The translations under genes were made by a program, and so were the position numbers. The notes beneath the pieces are model-generated. The model ran no database searches. It had not been told where the DNA came from and was given only the letters and a program-made list of their open reading frames with translations. Shown one piece after another: positions 20,748 through 31,320 of a DNA stretch of 64,000 nucleotides. Source of the DNA: Bdellovibrionales bacterium (lineage in GTDB: Bacteria > Bdellovibrionota > Bdellovibrionia > Bdellovibrionales > JAUICD01). How positions within the stretch are numbered: position 1 is the first letter of the stretch; the number at the start of each line of letters is the position of its first letter. Location of the stretch: positions 2,304,001 to 2,368,000 of the forward strand of contig OZ253553.1 of assembly GCA_965262715.1 (NCBI GenBank). Direction: 5' to 3'.

Positions 20748-21246
20748 TTATTTTTTCCACCCATCACTTTCTTTGTCTTCATATCTCCAATCAGGTTTTT
20801 GGTTTTCATATTGGACTTCTTCATAATGAATTTCATAATTATTATCCATGCCAACTGGAGCTCTGTTTAGTTTGCAGTTTTCTGTTCTTAAATCAATAAC
20901 TTGTGCTCTTAAATTGTTTAGTCTCATTTCGAATAACGTGAAATAAGCTTCTGAACTATCATTAAAAAACTCTAAGGCATTTTCTCTCAATTCTTCTCTT
21001 AGAAGTATAACTCCATCTTTGATATCTAATGCTTCTATATAAGAGTGGTTATTGCAAACGAAGGGAGAGGTTTTTCGTTCTACTAAAGTGTCTACTTTAT
21101 AAAGAAGTATTTTAATGTCGTTCTAAATCAACAAGAATGGTGTCTACAGGAGGATCTTCAGAATAACTATATACTTCTTTAGAGAAGCCTGTGATGAATA
21201 AAGTAGTGATGATTGTAAAAAAAATAAAGTTTTTAAATAATTTCAT
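20748..21246 (-). pseudogene. Frameshifted secreted protein with a similar leader to the neighbouring gene
   Basis: aaggag RBS and ATG 21246 (MKLFKNFIFFTIITTLFITG...). Frame break near 21120, then continuous with ORF 20748-20990. Span 499 nt. Confidence 0.6.
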
Positions 21247-21517
21247 ATTGTTCTCCTTATATAATTCAACACCATAAAATAGCAATACTTATACCAATTA
21301 GAAGTAAAGTCATTTAATAAGTTTTTAAAGCTTGTTTGATTAATTATTAGAGTTATAGACTCTTATTTTTTGTCTTTAGAAGGGCTTTTTGAAATAGTAA
21401 CCTCAACAGAAAAAGATGTAATGTTGGTAGAAATTACAAGCTTTAAAAAGATTATTGAAAATTTTACACTATAAACTAGATGGAACTTTATAAATGATTA
21501 ATTCTAATTAGAAAGAT

Positions 21518-21594
<77 letters not shown>

Positions 21595-21693
21595 ACAGTA
21601 ACCACGTTCTAATCAAATTTGATGCAGTAGTCAAGGATATTAGTTATTTTACCACAAAAATGACCCTACAAATTCTCAAAGAGGACTTAGTAG

Positions 21694-22227
21694 TTATTTA
21701 GCACTCTCTTTTATAAAACGGCTTAAATAATACCTTACCAGATAAGATATATCAACAGTTTGATTTCTATGAGTCCATTGCAATTGACCAAAAGAACCCC
21801 ATTTAGCTTCTAAAATATCTTCATTTGTTGTGTTTTGCAGCTTAGTGGCCTGTCCATCTTTGGGATCTTTAGGCATAATGCTTGTTGTTTGATAGGAAAA
21901 ACAAATTCTTATAGCTCCCGGTTTTTTCATAGAAAACAATAGTTTATAGCCATTTCGAAAAAGCATGAAATCAGATTCTGTATTAGAAATACCATAAATC
22001 TTAACACCTCCCACAGTTAATCCACGCATTTGATTAAATAGAGAAGCAGAATCAATAAATAAATTCTTGATATCTAGTAAAAATTTTGTAGTTTCTTGCT
22101 TGAGATTTTTATCATCAAACCCTGTTGATATATCAAGCATGCCAGTTTCTTCAATTTTACGCTCAGCACTGACAAGATCTTTAATCCAATCCATTTCACC
22201 ACCCCCTTGTTGACCATTTATCTTCAT
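21694..22227 (-). CDS. Conserved-looking hypothetical protein
   Basis: Clean ORF with normal composition upstream of the tRNA; likely start at MDWIK. Confidence 0.7.
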   Translation of the reverse strand: MKINGQQGGGEMDWIKDLVSAERKIEETGMLDISTGFDDKNLKQETTKFLLDIKNLFIDSASLFNQMRGLTVGGVKIYGISNTESDFMLFRNGYKLLFSMKKPGAIRICFSYQTTSIMPKDPKDGQATKLQNTTNEDILEAKWGSFGQLQWTHRNQTVDISYLVRYYLSRFIKESAK

Positions 22228-22286
22228 TTTTCACTAATTCAATTCAAATATCAAGGTTTTAGAATAAAAACAGTTGGGCTTTCAAG

Positions 22287-22586
22287 CTAAGAATAGTTAT
22301 AAATTTCTGTGAATGGATCTGAAACTTCTTCACCTTCTGAATAAATAGTTTCAGGATCGATGTCTATACAATCTGACTCAGAAAAGCATCCACTGCTATC
22401 CCATGCAAGGGTTCCTCCCATAACTGTGCATTTATTCATAAATTCATCGATTTGAGAGATTTTTTGAAATATTCCACCATTACTGATTAAAGGATTTACA
22501 TCATATAACTTAATTTTTCCATCATCAAAGTAAACATAGACTTTAAAGTCCTCTCTCGGCTTAACTTGAACGACTGTTTTTAGCAT
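22287..22586 (-). CDS. DUF2442-family protein (putative antitoxin)
   Basis: V..VKP..DF...V.FDDG..K.YD...GTLAW....DIDPETIY pattern, paired with DUF4160. Confidence 0.85.
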   Translation of the reverse strand: MLKTVVQVKPREDFKVYVYFDDGKIKLYDVNPLISNGGIFQKISQIDEFMNKCTVMGGTLAWDSSGCFSESDCIDIDPETIYSEGEEVSDPFTEIYNYS

Positions 22587-22598
22587 ATTAAGACCTTT

Positions 22599-22859
22599 TT
22601 ACTTTAGGGGATCAATTTTCTTAATCATACCATTTTTCTGAGCTGATTTCCAATTTTGAATAAGTTCTTGTTTATGTATTTCACACCAAGCCAGTACTAA
22701 TTTAAGTTGTTTTGTGGGGAGCAGTCCTTTTATAACAGCGGCTTGTTCGATAGATATAATAGCCTTAGCACTTTTATGCTCAGCATGAAAGTGCATTGGC
22801 AGATGATCTGCCCAGTGCATATATATTTTGATTCCAAAGAATTGACTTATAAGCGGCAT
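22599..22859 (-). CDS. DUF4160-family protein (putative toxin)
   Basis: MP.IS.FFGI.I.M...DH.P.HFHA...G.LP.KQLKLVLAW..IH..EL..NW pattern. Start reassigned to ATG 22859. Confidence 0.88.
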   Translation of the reverse strand: MPLISQFFGIKIYMHWADHLPMHFHAEHKSAKAIISIEQAAVIKGLLPTKQLKLVLAWCEIHKQELIQNWKSAQKNGMIKKIDPLK

Positions 22860-22978
22860 AATTAAGCTCATTTTATATGGTTCATTATAATCTTTATTAT
22901 TTGTAAATTTAACATAAAAAAGGGACTTGTTGCACAAATACTTAATGGCCAATGAGTATATTAAGCTTAGATGGAGAT

Positions 22979-25900
22979 TTAAACAGAGCGGCGATATGCA
23001 CCGCCGACTTCATACAAGGCTTTAGACATTTGCCCTAAGGAACAATATCTAGAAGCTTGCATAAGTGCCTCAAAAATATTTTTTCCAGATAAAATATGTT
23101 CCTTTAAATATACTAGTTCTTTTTTAGCTTGTTTTTGATGTTTTTGTTGATAAAGCTCAAGATGTTTTAATTGTTTATCTTTTTCTTGTTTGCTTGATCT
23201 TGAAAGACCTTCTTCATTGATATCAGGGACATCATCTTCTTCAGAAATATAAGTGTTTACACCTATAATAGGTAGCTTGCCTGAATGTTTTAAATGCTCA
23301 TAATGAAGAGATTCATCTTGAATTTTTCCTCTTTGGTAGCCATGTTCTATAGCTGGTAAGACACCGCCTCTTTCGCTAATGCGAATAAACTCGCTTAATA
23401 TAGCCTCTTCTACTAAATCTGTGAGCTGTTCTAGCCAGTAACTACCTTGAGTAGAGTTTTCGCATTTTGTCATTCCAAACTCACGATTGATAATCATCTG
23501 AATGGCCATAGCTCTTCTTACAGACTCTTTAGTGGGTGTTGTAATGGCTTCATCATAAGAATTGGTATGTAGGCTGTTGCAGTTATCGTAAATAGCAATC
23601 AGGGCTTGTAGAGTCGTTCTTATATCGTTAAAACTCATCTCTTCACTATGTAGAGAACGTCCACTGGTTTGAATATGGTATTTGAGCTTTTGGCTGCGAC
23701 TACTGCCTCCATAAAGATATCTGATGGTAATAGCCCAGATGCGTCTGGCAACGCGCCCAATAACAGCATACTCAGGGTCTAAGCCATTAGAGAAGAAAAG
23801 GGAAAGATGAGGGGCAAATTGGTCAATTTGCATGCCTCTTGATAAATAATATTCTACATAGGTAAAGGCATTTGCTAAAGTAAATGCTGTTTGAGTAATC
23901 GGGTTAGCACCAGCCTCAGCAATATGATACCCAGAAATACTGACAGAATAAAAGTGACGCACTTTATTTAAAATAAAGTATTCTTGAATATCTCCCATCA
24001 TTTTCAGTGCAAAATCTGTTGAAAAAATACAAGTATTTTGGGCTTGTTCTTCTTTCAAAATATCTGCTTGAACTGTTCCACGGACAGAAGAGAAAGTTTT
24101 AGCTTTGATATCTTCAATTTCTTTTTTTGTTAAATTTCGTTTTAATTCTTTTTCTCTTTTTTCAAGTTGTTGATCGATAGCTGTGTTCATAAAAAAAGCT
24201 AAAATAATAGGAGCAGGTCCATTAATAGTCATGCTCACGCTTGTAGAAGGATCACAAAGATCAAAGCCAGAATAGAGAGTTTTCATATTGTCTAATGTGC
24301 ATATACTCACGCCGCATTCTCCTATACGGCTATAAATATCAGGTCTCAAATCAGGGTCTTCTCCGTAAAGAGTCACGCTATCAAAAGCTGTGGAAAGCCT
24401 TTTGGCTTTTGTGTTTTTACAAAGATAGTGAAATCTCTTATTTGTTTTTTCAGGAGTTCCTTCACCTGAAAACTGTCTTTGAGGGTCTTCATCTTGACGT
24501 TTTAGAGTCCATATTCCTGCTGTGTAAGGGAACTCTCCTGGCACATTTTCAAGTTTTAAGAACTTGAGTTTTTCTGACATATCTTTAAAACGAGGAAAGA
24601 CCACGCGTCTGATCATTGTTCCACTTAAAGAGGGTTGCTTCAATGAATAAGATTTGGTTTTACCCATAACAGAATAAGGAATGTTATCCTGTTGATAGGT
24701 TTTTTGTTTATCATTCCATGATTTTAATAACTGATAGTCATCATCTAATTTTTCTATAAGGTCTTTTATTTTAGGTTCTATTTCTGTTTTAAGATGGGGG
24801 AGAAGTTTTAGAGTTTCTTCTAAAGCTCCTAGTTGGTAAGCTAAATCTGCTTTTTGCTGTACTTCTTCTTTATACTTGCGGACAGTTTGGGCTACTTGTG
24901 TTAAATAAGCCTTTTTTTCTGTAGGTATAATTTGTTGATGCTTTGAGTGAGAGGAAATGTTTTTGGAACATGGTATATTTATTTTTTTTAAGAGGGCAAA
25001 AAATAATTTATTCATTCCTTCGTCGTTAAAACAAGAGGCTTGTGTTAAAAAAACAGGTAAGTTGCTGTCTTCTTCTTGAAAAAGCTTTCTAGAACGCTTA
25101 TATTGCTTTCTTACATCTCTTAGTGCATCTTTAGAGCCTTGGCGGTCAGCTTTGTTGATAGCAATGAAATCTGCAAAGTCAATCATGTCAATCTTTTCAA
25201 GCTGTGAGCTTGCTCCAAACTCAGAGGTCATTACATAAAGACTGAGATCAGAAACTTCTGTGATGGCCATATTGCCTTGTCCAATTCCAGATGTTTCTAC
25301 AATGAGCAAGTCAAAACCTTGATTTTTCATTTGGTTGACAATGAGCCTTAAATTATCAGAGATTTCTTTGCCTGAATTGCGAGAAGCTAAAGATCTCATA
25401 AAAAAGTGGGGATAAGAAAGAGCATTCATTCTAATGCGATCTCCTAAGAGGGCTCCGCCAGTTTTCTTTTTAGTAGGATCTACACAAATAATGCCTACTT
25501 TAATATTGTCGATATTTCTTGCCATACGGAAGAGTAATTCATCAACAAGGGAAGATTTCCCAGCCCCACCTGTTCCTGTTACTCCTAATACAAGAGGACA
25601 TTTTTTATAAGTAGCATAAGGTAAATGAGGTAATTTAAGTGCTTCTGTATTTTTATTCTCAAGTTCACTTATTTTAAGCCCTAGATCTCTGTCAGCTAGA
25701 AGAATTGTGTCTGCTAATTTTGTGTCTTGGGATTTGCTTTTTTGATAGGCAGTGCATACATCAAAGTCAGACGCTTTTACAATTTCTTGGATCATGCCTT
25801 CTAGTCCAAGGCGTTTTCCATCTTCTGGTCGAAAGATGCGAGAGATGCCATAAGCTTCTAACTCTTTTTTCTCGTTAGGTGTGATGAGGCCTCCACCTCC

Positions 25901-26173
25901 GCCAAATATTTTGACGTAGGTAGCTCCATTTTGATCTAAGAGATCTCTGGTATATTTGAAATAGGCGATATGACCACCCTGATAATTACTTATACATATT
26001 GTTTGTGCTGCTTCTTGCAAAGCTGTGCGCACTACATCTTTTACAGAGCGGTTATGTCCTAGATGAATGACTTCACATCCTGCATCTTGCAACATTCTTC
26101 TGATGATGTTGATGCTCACATCATGTCCATCAAATAAACTTGCAGCAGTGACAATACGTATAGGATTTTTCAT
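22979..26173 (-). CDS. icmF: Fused isobutyryl-CoA mutase / MeaB-like GTPase
   Basis: N-terminal B12-binding SLFDGHD, GTGGAGKSS GTPase, mutase motifs RLSTAFDSVTLYG and GTVQADILKE. Confidence 0.95.
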   Translation of the reverse strand: MKNPIRIVTAASLFDGHDVSINIIRRMLQDAGCEVIHLGHNRSVKDVVRTALQEAAQTICISNYQGGHIAYFKYTRDLLDQNGATYVKIFGGGGGLITPNEKKELEAYGISRIFRPEDGKRLGLEGMIQEIVKASDFDVCTAYQKSKSQDTKLADTILLADRDLGLKISELENKNTEALKLPHLPYATYKKCPLVLGVTGTGGAGKSSLVDELLFRMARNIDNIKVGIICVDPTKKKTGGALLGDRIRMNALSYPHFFMRSLASRNSGKEISDNLRLIVNQMKNQGFDLLIVETSGIGQGNMAITEVSDLSLYVMTSEFGASSQLEKIDMIDFADFIAINKADRQGSKDALRDVRKQYKRSRKLFQEEDSNLPVFLTQASCFNDEGMNKLFFALLKKINIPCSKNISSHSKHQQIIPTEKKAYLTQVAQTVRKYKEEVQQKADLAYQLGALEETLKLLPHLKTEIEPKIKDLIEKLDDDYQLLKSWNDKQKTYQQDNIPYSVMGKTKSYSLKQPSLSGTMIRRVVFPRFKDMSEKLKFLKLENVPGEFPYTAGIWTLKRQDEDPQRQFSGEGTPEKTNKRFHYLCKNTKAKRLSTAFDSVTLYGEDPDLRPDIYSRIGECGVSICTLDNMKTLYSGFDLCDPSTSVSMTINGPAPIILAFFMNTAIDQQLEKREKELKRNLTKKEIEDIKAKTFSSVRGTVQADILKEEQAQNTCIFSTDFALKMMGDIQEYFILNKVRHFYSVSISGYHIAEAGANPITQTAFTLANAFTYVEYYLSRGMQIDQFAPHLSLFFSNGLDPEYAVIGRVARRIWAITIRYLYGGSSRSQKLKYHIQTSGRSLHSEEMSFNDIRTTLQALIAIYDNCNSLHTNSYDEAITTPTKESVRRAMAIQMIINREFGMTKCENSTQGSYWLEQLTDLVEEAILSEFIRISERGGVLPAIEHGYQRGKIQDESLHYEHLKHSGKLPIIGVNTYISEEDDVPDINEEGLSRSSKQEKDKQLKHLELYQQKHQKQAKKELVYLKEHILSGKNIFEALMQASRYCSLGQMSKALYEVGGAYRRSV

Positions 26174-26448
26174 AGTTTATATCAGATATTTCTTTAAATA
26201 TCTGAGCCTTTGTGGGGTTGTGTTGTTATGGTTATATGTCATATAAAAAACATAAGTCATTATAGCATGTGAAAAATAGTATTTCAATTTCAGTTCAGGT
26301 TATATATACTGTGTAAATTTTTCAAAAACATGTAATAATTTCTCAACTATTTTATATTTAAGTTTATGGCAGGAATATCAGTAGATATTTTTTCAAATCT
26401 ATGTTAGTTAGTTAAAGGCTTGATTAACTATAGGAAGGAGATTTAATT

Positions 26449-27126
26449 ATGAATTTATTTAAGCATTTATTTATTCTATCCATATTATGTTTGATCACAA
26501 GCACTTTCAGTATATCGGCTTTAGCTCAGATGTCTCAGGACGAGTTAAACAGGTTCTTTCTTAATGCAAGCCGCTCTGGTGATGTAGAAAGTGTCAGAGC
26601 AGCACTTGAAGGAGGAGCAGATGTAAATGTGGCTGATGAAGAAAATGGCTGCACAGCTTTAATGTATGCGACTAGTCTTCATGAGGAATGGCGTGAAGAT
26701 AGTAGTGGTCGTAGGGCTGACAGTCCCTTCATATGTTCTCGAGGTCAGTATAATCATGAGGTATTGGAGCTATTGTTTGATAAGGGATTTGACTTAAATA
26801 AATTAAGCCAACACAGAATAGCTGAGTTTTTACTTAAAGCAAGCGAAGTTGGAGATGTACAGAATGTTGTAAAAGCACTTGAAGCAGAAGCAGATGTAAA
26901 TGGAGGTGGTCGCTACCCACCTTTACTTCTAGCAAGTGAAAATGGGCATGAAGATATCGTAAGAACATTAATTATAGCTGGAGCTGATATAAATCAAATA
27001 GTGAACAGCATAGATGGGCAAAAAACAGCTTTAAATATTGCAATAGAGAGAGGTCATGAAGGTGTTGAACGTGTATTGCGTGATGCAGGAGCTCTTACTG
27101 TAGAGTTTATGGCGATGAAAAGATGA
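26449..27126 (+). CDS. Secreted ankyrin-repeat protein, copy 1
   Basis: Signal peptide and ankyrin motifs GADVN..GCTALMYA, PPLLLASENGHEDIV..L...GADIN. Confidence 0.9.
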   Translation: MNLFKHLFILSILCLITSTFSISALAQMSQDELNRFFLNASRSGDVESVRAALEGGADVNVADEENGCTALMYATSLHEEWREDSSGRRADSPFICSRGQYNHEVLELLFDKGFDLNKLSQHRIAEFLLKASEVGDVQNVVKALEAEADVNGGGRYPPLLLASENGHEDIVRTLIIAGADINQIVNSIDGQKTALNIAIERGHEGVERVLRDAGALTVEFMAMKR

Positions 27127-27129
27127 AAA

Positions 27130-27181
27130 GGTTCAACAATAAGTTAACTCCTCTAAAAGTCAACTTAAGGTGTCATGAACC
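27130..27181 (-). mobile_element. 52-bp mini-element derived from an IS1595 left end (duplicated at 30308-30359)
   Basis: Bounded by ggttca...tgaacc. The core is the reverse complement of agttgacttttagaggagttaacttattgtt at 15159-15189. Confidence 0.7.
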
Positions 27182-27313
27182 TATATTATAAACCAAAGGT
27201 TATTAGTTCAATCTCTTTATTTTCAAGTTAGTAATTAAAAACACCTTTTGAAGTTTTTCTGCCGAGAAAACCAGCTTCAACATATTTAGTTAGAAGAGGA
27301 CTTGGTCTGTATT

Positions 27314-29309
27314 CCTGACTTCAGCGTTTTTGTTTAAAGAGGAAGTTTTTTTCAAGTTTTTTCATTAAATTTCGTTATTGAGAGCGGGTTTATTTTGATT
27401 TGAGGCTGAAACAGCTATTTATTTTTATTTTGTGTGGCCCTAAGCCCTTGACAGATTTTGAGAGTTACTTCATAGTTATTTTATGTATATCAAAGAGACT
27501 AAAAAAGCCAATGGTAAGATATCCATACGGATCATGAAGTCTATCCGTAGAGGTGAGAAAGTGACTCATCATACAGTAAGTAGTCTTGGTTGCTGTTTTG
27601 AGAATCAATTGGATTTTTATAAAAAGAATGCAAAGACCTTATTAGATCGTTTAGAAAAAGAAGAAGCAGAAAAAATGTCAATACTTCTTCCAGGAATGAA
27701 AGAATATTGTGACAGCATAGAACCGGTTTCTAAACAACCAAGGTCAAGAAAAAAGAGTGTTAAAGTTAAAAAGAAAGCATCTTCTCATTTTAAAATCATA
27801 CTTTCATCAGAAGCAAAAGAGCGATGTCGAGTGATTAGTGGCATACAGAGTGTTTTTGGAACAATATATAATCAATTAGATTTTAATAATCTTATAAAAG
27901 GTAAGAGTCAAAAAACGAAGCAATATAATGAGTTATTAAAGCTGTGTGTTTTATCTCGGATAGCTCAACCAGAGTCTAAGCGAAAGACAGTAGATACATT
28001 AGGATTAGATTATAACAAAGAGATTTCTTTAGATCAGGTTTATCGGATGATGGATAAACTTCATACTCGTATACCTGAATTAAAAAAGCAAATTTCAGAT
28101 CATACATTAAGTCTTTTCAATCAAGAGGTGGATGTTTTATTTTTTGATGTAACGACATTATACTTTGAAAGTTTGACAAAAGATGATCTGAAGGACTTTG
28201 GATTTAGTAAAGATTGTAAGTTCAAAGAAGTTCAAGTGGTTTTAGCTTTAATAACAAATTCAGAAGGTCATCCATTAATTTATCAGTTATTTCCTGGAAA
28301 TACGAGTGAAGGCAGCACTCTTATTCATGTGATTCAAGATTTAAAGAAACACTTTAGTGTTAAGAGAGTTATCTTAGTAGCGGATCGAGCTATGTTTACA
28401 GATAAGAATTTAAGTTTTATGGAGAAAGAGAATATCCAATATATAGTTTCAGCCAAGCTCAAGCAATTTTCAAGAGATAAGAAAGCAGAGATTTTATCAG
28501 CTTCTAAGAAAGGTGAAGATGTCAGTATATTCAATGAATCACAAAGAATGAAAGAGTTAGATCATAATGGTCGCAGATTATTAGTGAGTTATTCTATCAT
28601 GAGAGCTAAGAAGGATAAAGCAGATAGAGATAGACTCATTGATCGATTAATGAAGAAAGCAATAGATGATAAGATTTCCACTAAGTCTCTTATTTCTAAT
28701 TATGGAACTAAGAAGTACATAAAGATAGAAGATAGCAAAGCGACTATCAATAGGAATAAGATTAAAGAGGATTCTCACTGGGATGGTCTCTACGGAGTTA
28801 TAACTAATATTAAAGATCAAAGTATGCAGAGTTTATTTACTCGCTATAGAGGCCTCTGGAAGATAGAAGAGGCATTTAGAGTGAATAAACATACATTGAG
28901 AATGAGACCGATATATCATTGGAAGAAAAGAAGGATAGAGTCTCATATAGCGATATGTTTTTTAGCCTATGCTTTATCGTATCATATCAAGCACAGACTT
29001 AAGACAAAAAATATTAATTTAAGTATTCAAAAGATTAAAGAGATCTTAAAGAGGGATCAGTATTCAATTATAGAAGACCCAAAGACTCATCAATTATATC
29101 AATTAGCATCTTCATCAACAAAAACTTTAGAAGCTATATACAAGATTTTTGAGCTTAAAAGAAAGACAGGACTTACAAAAATAACAGAAAACCCGCAAAC
29201 CCTTAATACATAAGCCTTTTAAGTAACCTCGATGTCAAATGTGTGGCCCCAAGAAAATCGTAAGTGCTTGATTATAAAGAACTTTGCCTTTCAAAATGCT
29301 GAAGTCAGG
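27314..29309 (+). mobile_element. IS1634-family insertion sequence (1996 bp)
   Basis: TIR CCTGACTTCAGC / GCTGAAGTCAGG enclosing an intact transposase. Confidence 0.92.
27483..29213 (+). CDS. IS1634-family DDE transposase
   Basis: FFDVTTLYFES, GFSKD.K..EVQVVLAL, FPGNTSE, VADRAM, Y..LWKIEEAFR..K..L..RPIYHW. Confidence 0.92.
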   Translation: MYIKETKKANGKISIRIMKSIRRGEKVTHHTVSSLGCCFENQLDFYKKNAKTLLDRLEKEEAEKMSILLPGMKEYCDSIEPVSKQPRSRKKSVKVKKKASSHFKIILSSEAKERCRVISGIQSVFGTIYNQLDFNNLIKGKSQKTKQYNELLKLCVLSRIAQPESKRKTVDTLGLDYNKEISLDQVYRMMDKLHTRIPELKKQISDHTLSLFNQEVDVLFFDVTTLYFESLTKDDLKDFGFSKDCKFKEVQVVLALITNSEGHPLIYQLFPGNTSEGSTLIHVIQDLKKHFSVKRVILVADRAMFTDKNLSFMEKENIQYIVSAKLKQFSRDKKAEILSASKKGEDVSIFNESQRMKELDHNGRRLLVSYSIMRAKKDKADRDRLIDRLMKKAIDDKISTKSLISNYGTKKYIKIEDSKATINRNKIKEDSHWDGLYGVITNIKDQSMQSLFTRYRGLWKIEEAFRVNKHTLRMRPIYHWKKRRIESHIAICFLAYALSYHIKHRLKTKNINLSIQKIKEILKRDQYSIIEDPKTHQLYQLASSSTKTLEAIYKIFELKRKTGLTKITENPQTLNT

Positions 29310-30491
29310 AAATAAACTTGCAGCAGTGACAATACGTATAGGATTTTTCATAGTTTATATCAGATATTTCTTTAAATATCTGAGCCTTTGTGGGGTTGTG
29401 TTGTTATGGTTATATGTCATATAAAAAACATAAGTCATTATAGCATGTGAAAAATAGTATTTCAATTTCAGTTCAGGTTATATATACTGTGTAAATTTTT
29501 CAAAAACATGTAATAATTTCTCAACTATTTTATATTTAAGTTTATGGCAGGAATATCAGTAGATATTTTTTCAAATCTATGTTAGTTAGTTAAAGGCTTG
29601 ATTAACTATAGGAAGGAGATTTAATTATGAATTTATTTAAGCATTTATTTATTCTATCCATATTATGTTTGATCACAAGCACTTTCAGTATATCGGCTTT
29701 AGCTCAGATGTCTCAGGACGAGTTAAACAGGTTCTTTCTTAATGCAAGCCGCTCTGGTGATGTAGAAAGTGTCAGAGCAGCACTTGAAGGAGGAGCAGAT
29801 GTAAATGTGGCTGATGAAGAAAATGGCTGCACAGCTTTAATGTATGCGACTAGTCTTCATGAGGAATGGCGTGAAGATAGTAGTGGTCGTAGGGCTGACA
29901 GTCCCTTCATATGTTCTCGAGGTCAGTATAATCATGAGGTATTGGAGCTATTGTTTGATAAGGGATTTGACTTAAATAAATTAAGCCAACACAGAATAGC
30001 TGAGTTTTTACTTAAAGCAAGCGAAGTTGGAGATGTACAGAATGTTGTAAAAGCACTTGAAGCAGAAGCAGATGTAAATGGAGGTGGTCGCTACCCACCT
30101 TTACTTCTAGCAAGTGAAAATGGGCATGAAGATATCGTAAGAACATTAATTATAGCTGGAGCTGATATAAATCAAATAGTGAACAGCATAGATGGGCAAA
30201 AAACAGCTTTAAATATTGCAATAGAGAGAGGTCATGAAGGTGTTGAACGTGTATTGCGTGATGCAGGAGCTCTTACTGTAGAGTTTATGGCGATGAAAAG
30301 ATGAAAAGGTTCAACAATAAGTTAACTCCTCTAAAAGTCAACTTAAGGTGTCATGAACCTATATTATAAACCAAAGGTTATTAGTTCAATCTCTTTATTT
30401 TCAAGTTAGTAATTAAAAACACCTTTTGAAGTTTTTCTGCCGAGAAAACCAGCTTCAACATATTTAGTTAGAAGAGGACTTGGTCTGTATT
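29310..30491 (+). repeat. 1182-bp direct repeat, right copy
   Basis: Begins at the first base after the right TIR; matches 26132-27313. Confidence 0.95.
29627..30304 (+). CDS. Secreted ankyrin-repeat protein, copy 2
   Basis: Translation identical to 26449-27126. Confidence 0.9.
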   Translation: MNLFKHLFILSILCLITSTFSISALAQMSQDELNRFFLNASRSGDVESVRAALEGGADVNVADEENGCTALMYATSLHEEWREDSSGRRADSPFICSRGQYNHEVLELLFDKGFDLNKLSQHRIAEFLLKASEVGDVQNVVKALEAEADVNGGGRYPPLLLASENGHEDIVRTLIIAGADINQIVNSIDGQKTALNIAIERGHEGVERVLRDAGALTVEFMAMKR

Positions 30492-31269
30492 TAGAATCTC
30501 CAATATCTTCATGTAAGACTTTCATAATGGCTAAACATACATCAAGCCCAATAAAGTCAGCAAGCTCTAAGGGTCCCATAGGTTGATTTGTTCCTAGCTT
30601 CATAGCTGTATCAATATCTTTTGCAGAGGCGATACCTTCATCTAAAGCAAAAAAAGCTTCGTTAATCATGGGCATTAAAATACGATTGACGATAAAGCCG
30701 GGAGTGTCTTTTAAAGAAGCTACAAAAACCTTCTGCATTTTTTCAGCTAATTTTTTAGCTTGTAAAAAAGTGTCATCTGAAGTTTGTAGTCCTCTGATGC
30801 CTTCTACCAAACGCATAACAGGAACAGGGTTCATAAAATGTAAGCCCACTACTTTGTCTGGGCGTTTTGTAGCTGCTGCTAAGCGGGTTATTGAAATAGA
30901 AGATGTATTAGAACATAAGATCACATCTGAGGAAGTTATTTTATCTAATTGAGTGAAAAGTTGAGTTTTTGCATTAACATCTTCTATGATAGCTTCTATG
31001 ATTATTTGGCATTGGTCTATTTTGGTTGTGTTATTAGATAATACTAACCATGTGATGCGATTTGTAATTTGATTTTTCTGATCTTTTGTGATTTTTTGTT
31101 TTTCAATCATTCTTGTTAATTGTTTGTCTATTTTGAGTTTAGCTTTCTTTAAAGCTTCTAAAGAGGCATCAAAACAAATCACAGGTAGGCCACTTGTTGC
31201 TGCCATCTGAGTTATACCTTGACCCATTTGACCAGCACCAATAATTCCAATAGATTGAACGTCTTCCAA
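30406..31269 (-). CDS. hbd: 3-hydroxybutyryl-CoA dehydrogenase
   Basis: GAGQMGQGI, SNTSSISIT, GLHFMNPVPVM, PGFIVNRIL, PMGPLELADFIGLD. Confidence 0.95.
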   Translation of the reverse strand: MEDVQSIGIIGAGQMGQGITQMAATSGLPVICFDASLEALKKAKLKIDKQLTRMIEKQKITKDQKNQITNRITWLVLSNNTTKIDQCQIIIEAIIEDVNAKTQLFTQLDKITSSDVILCSNTSSISITRLAAATKRPDKVVGLHFMNPVPVMRLVEGIRGLQTSDDTFLQAKKLAEKMQKVFVASLKDTPGFIVNRILMPMINEAFFALDEGIASAKDIDTAMKLGTNQPMGPLELADFIGLDVCLAIMKVLHEDIGDSKYRPSPLLTKYVEAGFLGRKTSKGVFNY

Positions 31270-31320
31270 AATTTCCTCCTTTTATATAAAATTCCACTTA
31301 CCTTTTATTTTATGCAAAAG

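Larger units (their letters stand above)
26132..27313 (+). repeat. 1182-bp direct repeat, left copy
   Basis: No differences from 29310-30491 seen by eye (offset 3178); abuts the IS left end. Confidence 0.95.

Noticed and set aside
21247..21517. Prophage or island att site at tRNA-fMet
   Set aside because: No duplicate of the tRNA 3' end and no integrase were seen in the window.
26132..30491. Composite transposon carrying ankyrin genes
   Set aside because: The geometry is reversed: one IS sits between two copies of chromosomal DNA.
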